Shown: positions 38,840-52,235, numbered from the stretch's first letter. The stretch: 64,000 nt of DNA from Lama glama (GCA_028534125.1 CM052816.1:37512001-37576000), one strand, 5' to 3'. Program-made: numbers and translations. The notes: generated by a model not told the origin, from the letters alone.

Positions 38840-39060
38840 TTAGTATGGAAGGAGCTTGGAATTTGGAATCTAGAATCTGAAAGCCCTAGATCTCAGTTCT
38901 GCTTGCTGAAAAGAAAAGGTCTTTGGCCTTGCCAATTTTACTTAACTTCTAAAACTAAGTTACCTCATCTGCTGAATAGAAATAATAGTACTAGGTTTGT
39001 TTTAAAGATTAAATACATAAACGTCTTAAACTTAAATACAGTATGTATTCAATAAATATA
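38840..39060 (+). mobile_element. MIR SINE
   Basis: ttacttaacttct...agttacctcatctg...aataatagtac...aagattaaat. Confidence 0.7.
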
Positions 39061-39224
39061 AATTCCCTAGTCTTGCTCATACATAGTAATCCATGTTTTT
39101 CCATGACTATGTCCATGCCTAAAATTGTCCAGATGAAAGTCGCATGTGTAATAGTATAATGAAATAATGCTAGATATGTATAAAAACAATTTCTTTGTAA
39201 AAGAGGTGTTAAGCTTTAGTACAG

Positions 39225-39362
39225 ATTCTGTTAAACTTATACATTCTCATATCCTAGAGATTTTGAGTCAGTTACTTAGCTGGAAGGACCTGGGAATGAA
39301 CATTTCTAATCCTACTTGATTCTGATGCTGGTTTCCTGGGAAATCAGACTGAAAAACAGTGT
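39225..39362. mobile_element. MER5-like fragment
   Basis: cctagagattttgagtcagt...cctgggaatgaacatttctaa...gattctgatgc. Confidence 0.55.
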
Positions 39363-39989
39363 TAAAAGCTGGCCAGTTCACAATAGGAAATAACTGTATA
39401 CTTAGGACAGCAAAACAAAGAGAAATGAAGAATCAAATAATTTTCCATTATTAATTAGCAATATTGGACAATTTTTAGTAAATAGTAATATTGTTCCAAA
39501 TACCAGTCAATGAAAATGTATTTAATAAATTTGGTATATGATGGTTTTGGGTGAAAATAGACAGATAATATAAAATCTATGTCTAAAGGGAAAAAGCATA
39601 AATTTATCTGGAGTTGGGCCAGGAAGACTTATTAGGGAAGTGATGTAAAATTTAGACCCAGATGGAAGTTAAAATCTCAAAAAATTGATAGAATATTTTA
39701 AATGAATTATCTATGTAATTTGAAAGACTGTTACGACACAATGAACTGAATTCTTGAGTTTCCAGGGAGATAATAAAAAAAAGGGATTTAAAAATAAAAT
39801 TAAAAATAATTTTTAAATAATGTTTTTTTAAATTTTAAATAAAAATTTAAAATTATACAAATAAAGTTTATGTTTTATCCTCTTTGTACAAAAGTAAAAA
39901 ACAGCACAATCATTTCTTTTTGATAACTCTAAGAGTGGAATTTTGGAGATTCTACAAATGTTTAAAATAATGATGATGATAATTATATG

Positions 39990-40210
39990 ATAATTATAAC
40001 AACCTTTTATTGAATGTTAATTAAGTAGCAGACTACTTACCAAGTTTTATAGATATGGATCATTTATTCCTTATAACATATTTATTATATTTATAATTCA
40101 TTTTGTAGACGAGAAGACCACAGTCTCAAAGAAGTTACTAACTTGCTCAGATTCACAAAATTAGGTGAGTAGTCAGATATGCTGACATCAAAATTGTTTA
40201 ATCACTGTTC
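39990..40210 (-). mobile_element. MIR SINE
   Basis: cattttgtagacgagaagac...agaagttactaacttgctcagattcaca. Confidence 0.7.
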
Positions 40211-43200
40211 CAGCATCCACATGTTGATGTTTCTTTTAATTCAGGTGTATCATTAAAAATATTAATAGTCCCTTTCCTTATTTAATTAGCAGGTTTATCA
40301 GTAAAGTTGCCTGTTGTTACCTCTCCTCTGACAGTGCTGTGTTTTAAATGCAAAATGCCTTAGTGCTTTCTAATTCTAATATCTGAATGATTTGGCCTCC
40401 ACTTCCACTTTCAGTTTAACCTTGTAGGGTGCACTCAGTTGGGATTCATTGCTGGATTAGAAGTGCACTTCAGTGAACATAGTATTACTTAGGTTTGTGT
40501 TCATAAATGAAAATTGTCTCCCTAGAGAAGATTCTTTTCAGGTATGTTGACCAAGGTCTAGTTTGTCAGTAGCTACTTGGAGATTGTTGTTTAGAAAATC
40601 AAATCAAATTTACAGATAATAAAACCTAGTCTCATGTGATTAGTTTTCTTTGGGATTATACAGCTCTTTGCTTCTAATGCAAATAACCAATAATTTTCCA
40701 ACGTGTTGTTATTTCTAGCAGTTTATCGAGGTATAACTTTGCATACAATACATTGCAAATATTTAAAGTGTATACTTGATGTTTTAGCACATGTTTACAA
40801 CTGTGTGAAACCATCACCACAATCAAGATAAGGACCATATCCATAATCCTCCAAAGTTCCTTGTGCTGTTGGTAATCCCTCCCTCACTTCTACTTTATAC
40901 ACCCAACCGTCCACATTGCCAGGCATCTGCCGCTCTGCTTTCTATACTATAAACTAGTTAGTATTTTCTAGTGTTTCATATAAATGGAATAATACAGTGT
41001 ATATTATTTTTTGTCTGCCTTTTTAACTCATAGGACGATTTTAAGATTTATCCATGTTGTTGTATATATTATTATTGCCACGTAGTTTACCACTGTATGG
41101 ATATTCCAGAATTGGCTATCTGGTCACCTTTTGATGAACATTTGGTTTGTTTCCAGCTTAGGGCTGTTACCAAGCTGTTATAAAAATTTGTGTGCATGTC
41201 TTTGCATGGATGTATTCTTTCTATTCTTTTGGTTAAGTGCCTAAAAGTGGAGTGGCTGATCATATGGTAAGTATATGATTAACTTTTTAGAGAAGATATC
41301 AGTGGTTTTCAAATTGTGCCATTTTACGTTCCCAGTAGCAGTGATACGTTCAAATTTTACTTTTTGGCTATTTTAAATCATTGCATAGTGGTGTCTCATT
41401 TTGGTTTTAATTTACGTATCCCTAATAACTAATAAAGTTGAGCATTAATCCTTGTGCTTATATGCCATCCATATATCTATTTTGGTGAAGTGTTGGTTCA
41501 AATCTTTTGCCTACTTTAATTGGGTTGTTTACTTTATACTGGATTGAATGTATTTATGTAAATTTATATTTAACTAGTGAGTTATTTATGCATTCTAGAT
41601 ACAATTCCTTTAATGAAATGTATGCATTGTACATATTTTCTACCACTATATGATTGGTCTTTTCATTTTCTCAGTAGTGTGTTCCAAACAGCAGAAGGTT
41701 TTCATCTTTACTGTGTCCAATATGAATTTAAAAAAGGATTGCACTTTTGGTGTAATTAATATCTAAGTTTTTTCCTAATCTTAGGTCTCAAATGTATCTC
41801 CTATCTTTTCTTCTCAAAGTTTTATAGTTCAGATTAGATATATGGCATATTGTTACATGCATACATAGTATGTGAAGAATGGATCAAAGTTCATTATTTT
41901 CCATATAAATAGCCAGTTGTTTCAGTATTTATTGAAAAGTCTGTTCTTTTTCCATTAACTTGCCTTTACATTTTTTGTGAAAAATTATTTGTCCAAATGT
42001 GTGTCTGTTTCTCTCTTCTATTTGTTTTGTCTATCTTGATGCCCATAACACACTGACTTGACTGTTTTTTGTTTTTATGTTATTTTTCCAATTTATTCAG
42101 GTAATGTTAGCTTTGTTCTTTTTCTAAGTTGTTGTAAATCTTCTATTTCCTTTTCATTTACATACTAGTTTTAGAATCAGCTTGACAAATCAGCTTGACA
42201 ATTTGTATAAACAGTTGGCTATTTTTTTAATTGTACTGGCATTGAATTCATAGAACAATTTGTGGAAAATTAGCAACTTAACATTATTAAGTCTTTCAAA
42301 CTCTTAACAATGCATATGACTTCATTTATTTCTCTCACTTCTAATTTATTCCAGTAGAGTTGTGTGGTTTTCACTGTAAAGGTCTTATATATAATTTTGT
42401 CAAATTTACCTCTGTTTCATATTTTTGATTGTTATGAATTGCATTTTTAATCTAAATTTCAAATTGTTTATTGCTAGGACATAGGAATGTAATTGATAAT
42501 TATCTATATTTGTTATCTTGCAAGTTTTGTAAACTTACTTGTTAGTAACTTTTTCATAGATTCCATTGGATTTTCTGCATAGATGATGCCATGTCATCTA
42601 TGAGTAAACGAAGTTTTACTTTCTATGCAGTCTGATGCCTTTAACTTTCTTTAACTGTATCGTCCTGGCTGGAACCTCCTGTACAGTGTATATAATAGAC
42701 TAAACATCATATAAACAACAATGTTAATAGAATAAACATCCATTTAGTTTTGGTAGTGATGTTCCTGAACTTAGGGCTAAAGCATTCAATCTTTCTCTTA
42801 ATAGGATGTTAGTTGTGGCTTTTTTACAGATGCACTTATGTGGCTTGAGGAATTTCCCTTCTATTACTAGTTTGCTGGGAATTTCTGTTAGTTCATTTTC
42901 TTAGAAAGAGATATTAGAGTGTATCAATTGCTTATTTACTGTCTATTGAGATAATCACATGGTTTTTATTTTTGTGTGTTTATATGATAGGTTTAATTCA
43001 TTTTTCTAATGTTAACCCCACCTTTATTACTGGGATAAATTGCATTTTCTATCTTTTAAATTTTTGGTTTTATATTTGTCTGGCTTGAGGTATGAGGCAG
43101 CTGATGGCTTTAACGAATTGTTATGTAGTAATATTTTCCTCCTCTTCACTTTCTGGATGAATTTTAGAACGCAGTAGTTCTTTGTATGTGTTTGGTATAA

Positions 43201-45009
43201 TTTACCAGTATAGCAATCTGGGTTTAAAGTTTTCTTTGTAGGAAAGTTTATAATTATAAAAAGTGTTTTCTTTATTAACACTTTAATAATAAAGTGTTTT
43301 ATTCAGGTTATCTATTTCTTTTTTAGTAATCCTTGGTAATTTGTGTCTTTTAGGGATTAAACCTTTTCTTATAACTTGTCCAATTTAGTGGCATGACATT
43401 GTCTTAATGTTACCTTCTTAGTACCTCAACATTATCTTTTCTATTTGTGTAAGTAATAGTTTGTCTCCTACCTATTTTTGTCCTCATCAGTCTGTCTAGA
43501 ACTCTATTGTTTTACTGATCTTCTTAAAGATTCTGATAGGGACTTCACTTATTTTCTCTTTTCCATTTCATTTTAATGACTTGTGCTCTCAATTTTATTT
43601 CCTTCCACTTATTTTGGGCTAAATTTGATTTTCCTTTCCTAGTCTTATTCTTATTTACTAGAATGGATTTTTAACACCATAAATATCGTTGTAAATATTG
43701 CTTTAGTGGTATCCCATTAATTTTGATATGTTTCATTTTCATTTAGTTCAAAAATCTTTAATATTCTTTGGTATCTGTTTTGATCCATGGTTTATTTAAA
43801 ATTGTGCTATGTAGTTTTTGAATGTTCAGTAATTTTTATTTAGCTGTTACTGATTTAAGCTTTAATTACACTGAAGTCAGAGAAAATCTTTGAATATTTT
43901 GATATCTTTTGAAACTATTGAGCAATTTTATGGATATAATATCTTCTACCTTGGAAAATGTTTTGTGTGCACTTGTAAAGAATATGTCTTCTATAGTACT
44001 TTAGTGGGGTATACCAAGATATCAATTATATCATTTTGCTTCATAGTGCTTTTCAAGTCTTCTATCTTTGTGATTTTTCTCTCTACATGTCCCATCAATT
44101 GTTGATAGAGGGGTATTGACATCATCAACAAAATTGTGTATTTATCCATTTTTCTTTTAGTTCTGTCAATTTTTGCTTCAAATTTTACTTTTGAATCAGT
44201 TACCAGATACATGGATTTTAGGATTTATATATCTTTTTGAAGAATTTTTTATCATTATGAAATAAACTTCTGCTTCCCTGGAATAATCTGTGCTCTGAAA
44301 TCAATTTTATCTAATTTGAATATAGCCACTCCAGCTTCCTTTGTACTATTGTTATTATCAAATACTTTTTCTGAACATTTTACTTTTAATCTATTTGTTT
44401 CTTTATATTGAAGTGTATTTTTTTATGAGCAACAATCATTAGGTCTTGTTTTTTAATGTGAATTGATAATATTTGACTCTTAATTGTTAAGTTTTACCCA
44501 TTTAAATTAATGTGATCATTGCTATGGTCAGGGTTAGGTTTATCATCTTACCTTTCTTGAATATATTTATCCATCTGTTCTTTTTTCCTGACATTATTTA
44601 TATTTTTGATTCAGTTTTATTTCCTTTATTGGCTTATTAGATATAATTATCTGTTTTGTTATGTTGGTGACTACTTTAGGGTTTACAATATATATTTTTA
44701 ACTTACCACAATTTGTTTTCAATCATATTATCCCATAACCTATACTATAAGCATCTTACAATATTATAATTCCATTTCTCTCTTCCAACCATTGTGATAA
44801 TGTTTTTATGTATTTTACCTATTCGTATGTTAAAACCCCACTATAAATTATTACCTTTACAAAGGAAGTAATTTCTAAAGATAATTAATAAAAAAAATAA
44901 TTTATTAACTCATATGTTTACTATTTCCAGTTCTCTTCATTCTTTTGTGCTGGTCTATTTTTCTATGTGTTGTCATTTTCTTTCTGTCTGAGAGACTCTA
45001 ACACTTCTT

Positions 45010-46036
45010 TTTTTTTTTTTTTTTCTCTTTTTATTTTTATTTTTTTTAACATTTTTATTGATTCATAATCATTTTACAGTGTTGTGTCAAATTCCAGTGT
45101 TCAGTACAATTTTTCAGTCATACATGGACATATACACACTCATTGTCACATTTTTTTCTCTGTGATTTATCATAACATTTTGTGTATATTTCCCTGTGCT
45201 ATACAGTGTAATCTTGTTTATCTGTTTTACAATTTTGAAATCCCAGTCTATCCCTTCCCACCCTCTACCCCGCCCCCCACCCCAGTAACCACAAGTCTGT
45301 ATTCTCTGTCCATGAGTCCATTTCTGTCCTGTATTTATGCTTTGTTTTTGTTTGTTTGTTTGTTTTTGTTTTTTAGATTCCACATATAAGCNNNNNNNNN
45401 NNNNNNNNNNNNNNNNNNNNNNNNNNNNNNNNNNNNNNNNNNNNNNNNNNNNNNNNNNNNNNNNNNNNNNNNNNNNNNNNNNNNNNNNNNNNNNNNNNNN
45501 NNNNNNNNNNNNNNNNNNNNNNNNNNNNNNNNNNNNNNNNNNNNNNNNNNNNNNNNNNNNNNNNNNNNNNNNNNNNNNNNNNNNNNNNNNNNNNNNNNNN
45601 NNNNNNNNNNNNNNNNNNNNNNNNNNNNNNNNNNNNNNNNNNNNNNNNNNNNNNNNNNNNNNNNNNNNNNNNNNNNNNNNNNNNNNNNNNNNNNNNNNNN
45701 NNNNNNNNNNNNNNNNNNNNNNNNNNNNNNNNNNNNNNNNNNNNNNNNNNNNNNNNNNNNNNNNNNNNNNNNNNNNNNNNNNNNNNNNNNNNNNNNNNNN
45801 NNNNNNNNNNNNNNNNNNNNNNNNNNNNNNNNNNNNNNNNNNNNNNNNNNNNNNNNNNNNNNNNNNNNNNNNNNNNNNNNNNNNNNNNNNNTTCACCATT
45901 GAGAACTATGCTGGCTATAGGTTTGTCATATATAGCTTTTATTATGTTGAGATATGTTCCCTCTATACCCACTTTGGCGAGAGTTTTTATCATAAATGGG
46001 TGTTGAATTTTATCAAATGCTTTCTCTGCATCGATT
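45010..46036 (-). mobile_element. Young 5'-truncated L1 (camelid-type) with poly(A) tail and 13-bp TSD
   Basis: Poly(T) from 45008; TSD TCTAACACTTCTT at 44997-45009 and 46037-46049; intact RT peptide [19 protein letters not shown]...LNGE; ORF2 end LICGI*. Confidence 0.95.
45392..45891. other. Assembly gap (500 N)
   Basis: Direct reading. Confidence 1.
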
Positions 46037-48249
46037 TCTAACACTTCTTGAAGTGTGGGTTTGACGGTAATCAATTTTTCAGCTTTTGTGTGTTTGAAAA
46101 AGTTTTCATTTTTGTCTTCATTTTTGAGAGATTTCATTGGGCACTATTGAAATTCTTAAGTTCACAATTGCCTTTTTTTTAATTTTAGTCCTTTAATAAT
46201 GTTGCACTACCGTCGTCTGGCTTGCTTGTATAGTTTCCAGGGATTCTGCTGGCATTCTTACCTTTGGCTTTTGAGACATAATGTTATATTTGTCACATGT
46301 TTTTATGTGTTGATTATAGTGCACATTAGTTTAGTTTTTTCATGTAACTTGTACTCTAAGTTTGCTGAACTTCTTTAGTCTATAGGTTTCTAGTTTTCAT
46401 CAAATTGGGAATAATTTTGGCCATTTTTTGTTCAAATTATTTTTTCTATCATCCTGTTTCTCTCCTTTGGGGTCTCCAACTACATGTATATTAGACCCCT
46501 GGTTACTCAATGTTTTCCCATAGCCTATTAATGATTTTTAATTTTTCTCCTTTTCTGTCTTAATTTTCAAGATTTCTAGTACTATATCTTCAAGTTCACT
46601 AATTTTTCTTCTAGAATGTCTAATCTACCATTAATACCATTTAGTATATTTTTCATCAAAGACATTATAGTTTTAATCTCTGAATGTCTAACTTGGACCT
46701 TTTAAAACATTTTTCCATGTCTCTCTATGAAATTTTTGAATATATAGACTATACTTTCAATAACTTTTAATGTTCTTGAGTGTTAATTTTAACATCTGGT
46801 TAAGTTCTGGGTCAATCTCACTTGGTTGATTTTCCTCCTCAGTACTGGTCAAAATTTTTTTAAAAAATTTGCTTCACTGGCCACCTTCTGTCTGTACTTT
46901 GTGCATTTTACCCTTTTCTTTCCTAGATTGTTTTTTCCCCTCTACATTTTCATGAGTTTTGTTCTGTTCTAGATGCAGTTAAATTTCCTGAAAACAGTTG
47001 AATGTTTTTGATTGTTGCTAATAAGATTTCGGGGGCAGTACCAGAGTAATGTTTAATCTAGCACTAATGATCCTCCATTCCTTGACACAAGAACTTTTTG
47101 CATACTTAACTCACTGCCTCATGAATTATGAAGTTTTCTAGTCTTTTTTCCAAAGGGAATAGGACATATTCTTTGTCCTTCATAAGCACTGGACATTTTG
47201 ACCTCGAATCCTCTCAGAGTATTATCTAACGGTCCTTGGATACTTGTCTCTCATGTACGCCATAGTTGGTACTCTGCTGAATAGTTAAGGGAAGTTCTCC
47301 ACATTTATCTAGATTTCTCTGTTTGCACAGAATTTTATTCTCGTGTACTTTGTTCTCAAACTCCTTGCCTTTCCCTAGTACTGCATTTCCATCTTTCATC
47401 TGAGAGATTCATCTCAGCTTTATGAGTTGCCTGTTCCTATACCTGGAAATTCTCTCAGGGCAGTAAGTTGGGGAGATCATAGTACTCACCTCATTTTATT
47501 CCCACCTCTCAGTAAGCGTTCTCCTTTGTCTTAATTTTCTGGTTGTTTACAGTAAGAGGGTGAATCCTGTACTGTTTACTCCATTTTGGCTGAAAGCAAA
47601 AGTTCTCAGTATATTATTGAGAATCAGCTTTTGTTATGAAAGTAATAATTATTAAAAGTATTAAAGAAAAGATTGGTATTCCTTTTTGAAAAACATGCTG
47701 AAATGTTGACACACAGATGTTGTTTCAGAATGATTGAAAAAGCCGCAAAAGTACTGTGTGGTCCTCAGTTTGAATTCGTTCACAATCCTTTTTACACAAC
47801 GAAGCTAACATTCTGATTTGCTTCTTACAAGCTTGTGAAATATTTGTGAGAGGCAAACTTTTGGCCCATAAGCTTGAACCATTCGGAACTTTTTTCTATC
47901 AAGCCCAGAACCAGAAAAGAAATTTAGAACTCTGTTGTGATGAATAAGTGAGACGATTTTATTTTTGGCCCTGAGACCTTACAGCTCATACGATTCCTCT
48001 GAGTTTGTATTCTCATATGAAAAGAAGTATAAGATCTAAGATACTGTGACTAATAGAATAGATGCTTGTACAAAAGGATGGTTATAAAAACTTTATGAGT
48101 GAGATATGCTGAGGAGAAAGAACTGCAGTAGTACGGGATTGAAGGATTTAATTGTGAAGGATATAATAGGACTCCTATTAACACAGGAGGTCCACCTTAA
48201 AGCCCAGTTACTTTCAGTATGTGAAAAATATTTGTCCTCACACACACAG

Positions 48250-48275
48250 AAAATATTCCAGAAATGAGAACAAAG
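48250..48275 (+). CDS. Candidate 26-nt exon (ENIPEMRTK)
   Basis: Acceptor tttgtcctcacacacacag| (in-frame alternative at 48262); strong donor AAG|gtaaga; phase 1 to phase 0. Confidence 0.45.
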
Positions 48276-50354
48276 GTAAGAAGAAAAGAAATCTTGAAAA
48301 GTTAGAGTTGTGATTACATACAACTTTTATTTTAAATTATTTATTACCATAAGGACTAAATACATTATTTAATAATACATTTAAAAATCTTTTCATATAT
48401 TGTGAGTGTATCAATACATGCAAGGTGCCTAAGAACTACCTTAAGTTTCTAGCTTAGGTACTATATTTAATTTTGGTTTTATTGATCTCTAAGGCAAAGA
48501 GGGAATTACATTAATTCATATTTCTTATATTTAAAGAAAATAAGCTTATATAAGAGATATTTATTTCCTGATATTACATATTGACAAGAATTTATTTACA
48601 TGAAATTGTGTGTATGATGTACTTTTATTCATGTGCTATTATATCTATATATAAAATTTGAAAGAATCGATATAATGTAATGTGTATAATTCCTAACTTA
48701 ATAGAAAATAGAATCAACTTTGCAGTCTCAGCCATGAGAGTTTATGGCTTTACTTCATCCTTTTAAAAAATAAAGTGCAATGTTCCTTAGTATCCTTTCA
48801 TTTTTTCTATCTGTCAAGTTACAGAAGGATTTTCTGTATTAAATTAGTAAAACCTACGACAGCTAATCACAGCTTTCGTTGCTAGAGGGGCAGAAAAAAT
48901 AAGTAAAGATACACTGATAAAATGTATTTCAAAGGACTCTCCAATTTTTTTAACTATTTATAAACTTGGTCATTTTAAAATCCTTCCAGAATTCCAGATA
49001 TTCTTTCTTAAATATGGTAGATACTGGAGAAATTCCAGCCTAATTTTGTTTCTTCATTCTGCTTTTTGAGCCTAGAAATCTAAACTTACCAAAAAGGCAT
49101 TTTAGGGTTTAGGCTGCTACAGTTAGTAAGGCCAGTTGGCAAAATTTTGGTATCAACTGCAATGAAATGAGGGTCTTGGAGCCAAATTCTAATGATCTGT
49201 GTTCATATTTCCTTCCCTTATGGTTAAAAAAACTCAAATTTTTAATATTCTAAAATTTTGAGACTGATTTAATTTGCATCTATAGGGATTTTCCATATTA
49301 AACTCAATATCAAACTTCTTAGAATGGATTTTGTTGTTTTGAATTTGAGATATATTCATATTATATAAACACATACAGTTTCCTTGGTATATTCCTATGG
49401 TACAGATAAGTTAATATGAAATAAGATTGATTTTAAGTTTTACTTCAAGCTTGAGTTTATTTTAAATATGGAGTTGATAGCAAATGAATGATTTTTTTAA
49501 ACTAAAATTACATTTTCTAACTCTTAGGTTTGGTCTTAATGGTGTGTTATGCAACTTAAAACTGTGTCATTTAAACCTGAAAACTGTCATTAAAATAAAA
49601 CATCCTGTTGAAGTCTGTTTCATCCTGGAGAAAGTAAGGTTGGGGCAAAGCTTGTAAAAGACAATGCACCAAAGTTGATAGAAAATTACTTTTCTCTATT
49701 TTGTAAGTGAAGAAAAACACCAATAAGCAAGTATCAGTTTGTAATCCTTTTTCAGTTATTTCAGTATATGTTTTTTGGTTGGAAAACAATCAACTTTTTT
49801 GTTGTTGTTCTTTTATTTAAACATCTATCTCCCTGGTGGATAAAACAAGCTGTATATGGGAAAAGTCCAACTACCTTGGACTACTCAAAAAATCCTTGTG
49901 CGGAAATCTTACATTTTCTAGCAGTGTGGTTTGTTTTGTATGAGGAATATTGGCATTTTAAGTGAGGAAACAACAAGGAATGGGATGAGAAAAATTAGAA
50001 ATCCTTGAGTTTGTATCTCATCTACAGTTTTAAAACATCACTGTTGCAGCCCAATTATTCTCTTATCTTTAAAATATACAAAACTACAGAGAGCAAAGGG
50101 TAAAATGTAACTTGTGCAGACCCTGATTCTGGGATACTTAATAAAAAGCAATGTTGAAACAGAAAAATACAAAATTTCAGTCTTTTTCCCCAGGGTGGCT
50201 AGGGTCTCTGGAAAAGATAAAGGTCACCTCTTAGTTGGCATCTGAATTTATTTTTCTCCCTTCTATTGTTTAACACAATTTATTAGTTGAATTTAAGTCT
50301 GGGCAACTCTACTGTCCTTGAAAGATAAACAAATACTGGATTTTTTTTTTTCAG

Positions 50355-50367
50355 AAGCATAGAAAAG
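50355..50367 (+). CDS. Candidate 13-nt microexon (KHRK)
   Basis: Acceptor T11-cag| and donor AAG|gtacgt; phase 0 to phase 1. Confidence 0.5.
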
Positions 50368-51642
50368 GTACGTGCAGTATTTATTGGTTAAATAAATATG
50401 TGGTATTTGAAATTCATATGGGGCATTCTACTCTGAGGTTTGCTTAATAATTCAAAGTAAACCAGTGATAAAGAGAGCAATGCATTGGGTGAATTGCTTA
50501 TTAATTTTGTTAATAGAATTTAATGAAGGAATTTGGTTGTATAATATATAACATGTTTTTTAATGAAGGTGGTTTTATCTGAGTAATTAAATTTTGAGTT
50601 ATCTATCACATTATGATGGATTATTTATCTTCAGATTGTGTAGCAATTTATAAATGCTGTTTCTATGCTTTGAGCAGCTAAATTAGAAATAAGGTATGAC
50701 TCTGGAGAAGTAAAAATTAGAAATTGGTGCAAATAGAAAAGAATTGATACAGATCACAGTCCTCAGTGATGCTGGTAGCTTCATTACCACCATACTGAGA
50801 AAGATGAGTCAGAAATGTGTTTATACCTACCATCTCTATAGCCATTGGTTAAGTTGGGGTTTTCTTATTAGAAATACTATTTAGATGTGATAGTAATTTC
50901 CTCTACCTATTCTACATATTTCAGCAGTTACGTACAATTTTCCTCTTGAACAAGTTCATTCAAATATTAAATAAGGTTTTCTTTTTATTGATAAGGAGGT
51001 CCTCTAAAATTTAACATCTGAAATTTTTCCTGCAAAAAAACTTAGTTCTTGAAGATAATAGTTATGTTTTTCAGTTCTGACACATAGCCATCAAAGGTAT
51101 TGCTAATGTTCAGTGTTACTTATTTTCTTAATTAATGAAGTAATGGATTCAGATATGAGATAGAGGATTTATTTATGAAAATAATTGAGCAATGAAGCGG
51201 TTAATATGCATCATGCATATACTGAAAATGAGTCTACTCTGATCTGATGATTGTCTCACCCACTAGGCCTAGTCCTTGTTCTCAAGGTAAAAGAATGTCC
51301 TAGAGCTTTCTCATGCGCTGAATCCAAGCTTAAGCTGCTTTGATTCAGATGGCCCCAAGCTAGTAGGTTAGAGCTTCTCAATATATGTTGAATGACTAGT
51401 TTGCTTTTTATTTTTTTTTTTCACTTCCAATCCATTAGGAACTGAAAGGAGGTTTTTAATGTAATTTGAGAAGTACAGAATACTAACTTCAGTATTTATT
51501 CAAAAATAACTCTGTAATGTTACATTTTACATCGTCATCTTCAATCTTTCATCAGTCACTAAATTTGTAGTTAAATTTAAGTAATCTTTCAGTGAAGTAA
51601 TTTCGATGTATTATTTTTTATATTTTTTAATTTAACACATAG

Positions 51643-51671
51643 AAAGCCAACCCAAAACATCAGCACTGTAA
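51643..51671 (+). CDS. Coding part of a candidate terminal exon (ESQPKTSAL*)
   Basis: Acceptor after a long T-rich tract (...tttaatttaacacatag|); followed by ~550 nt of repeat-free sequence and twin AATAAA. Confidence 0.5.
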
Positions 51672-52190
51672 CATGGTCCTAGCACGTAACTTCCTCCGCT
51701 TGTGACTTTGACAGCACACTAACTGGACTGTATCTTGTTCAATAAGACAAGCTCGCTGATCCCATTCTAGGCTGCTGCCCCAATGTCAAATTGCTATAAA
51801 AGTTTCTAAATACTTACTTCCAATTTCTGTACTTAAGTCGTCATGGACCAAAAACACACAGTTCATGGTCACTAGCAACAATCCCAAATGACATTTTGTA
51901 TAGTACCGTTCTAGGGAACAATAGCTCTTAAAAGATTTATATAAACTTTAGGCGAATTACAAGTTTTCAAGTAGTATTGCTCTTCTGTGATCAGTACAGA
52001 AAGGTTCCCATGATCTTGGGTTGCCTCATTAATGGATACAGACCCATGCTTACTGGATATTTAAAATAACTGATTTGCTTGTTAATTTATCTAATCCAGG
52101 TTGCTTTCACAACAGCACTACTTTGACAAGATGCTCCTCTAAGTGTGTCTAATTTTGTCTAAGTTTATTAACTCCATTTGCTAGGGTAAA

Positions 52191-52235
52191 AATAAATAGT
52201 AATAAAGTGCTGTTATTTGTCTCTTAATCTTTATC
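52191..52235 (+). terminator. Candidate polyadenylation site
   Basis: AATAAA at 52191 and 52201, followed by GT/T-rich gtgctgttatttgtctcttaatcttt. Confidence 0.5.

Larger units (their letters stand above)
40712..47606 (-). mobile_element. Near full-length ancient L1 (L1MD/ME-like), interrupted by a young L1
   Basis: 3'UTR at 40712; ORF2 remnants in ORFs 43027-43281 (NFPTKKTLNPDCYTGKLYQT) and 43991-44212 (KIEDLKSTMKQNDIIDI); ORF1 C-terminus at 46040-46137; 5' region to ~47600. Confidence 0.88.

Noticed and set aside
39770..39870. Near-pure AT tract with imperfect palindromes
   Set aside because: Low-complexity sequence with no defined structure.
45114..46137. The three longest ORFs (234-261 aa)
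   Set aside because: Artefacts of translating through the 500-N gap.
51805..51900. Minus-strand donor GAA|gtaagt near 51817
   Set aside because: No convincing matching acceptor or frame; better explained as part of the plus-strand 3'UTR.
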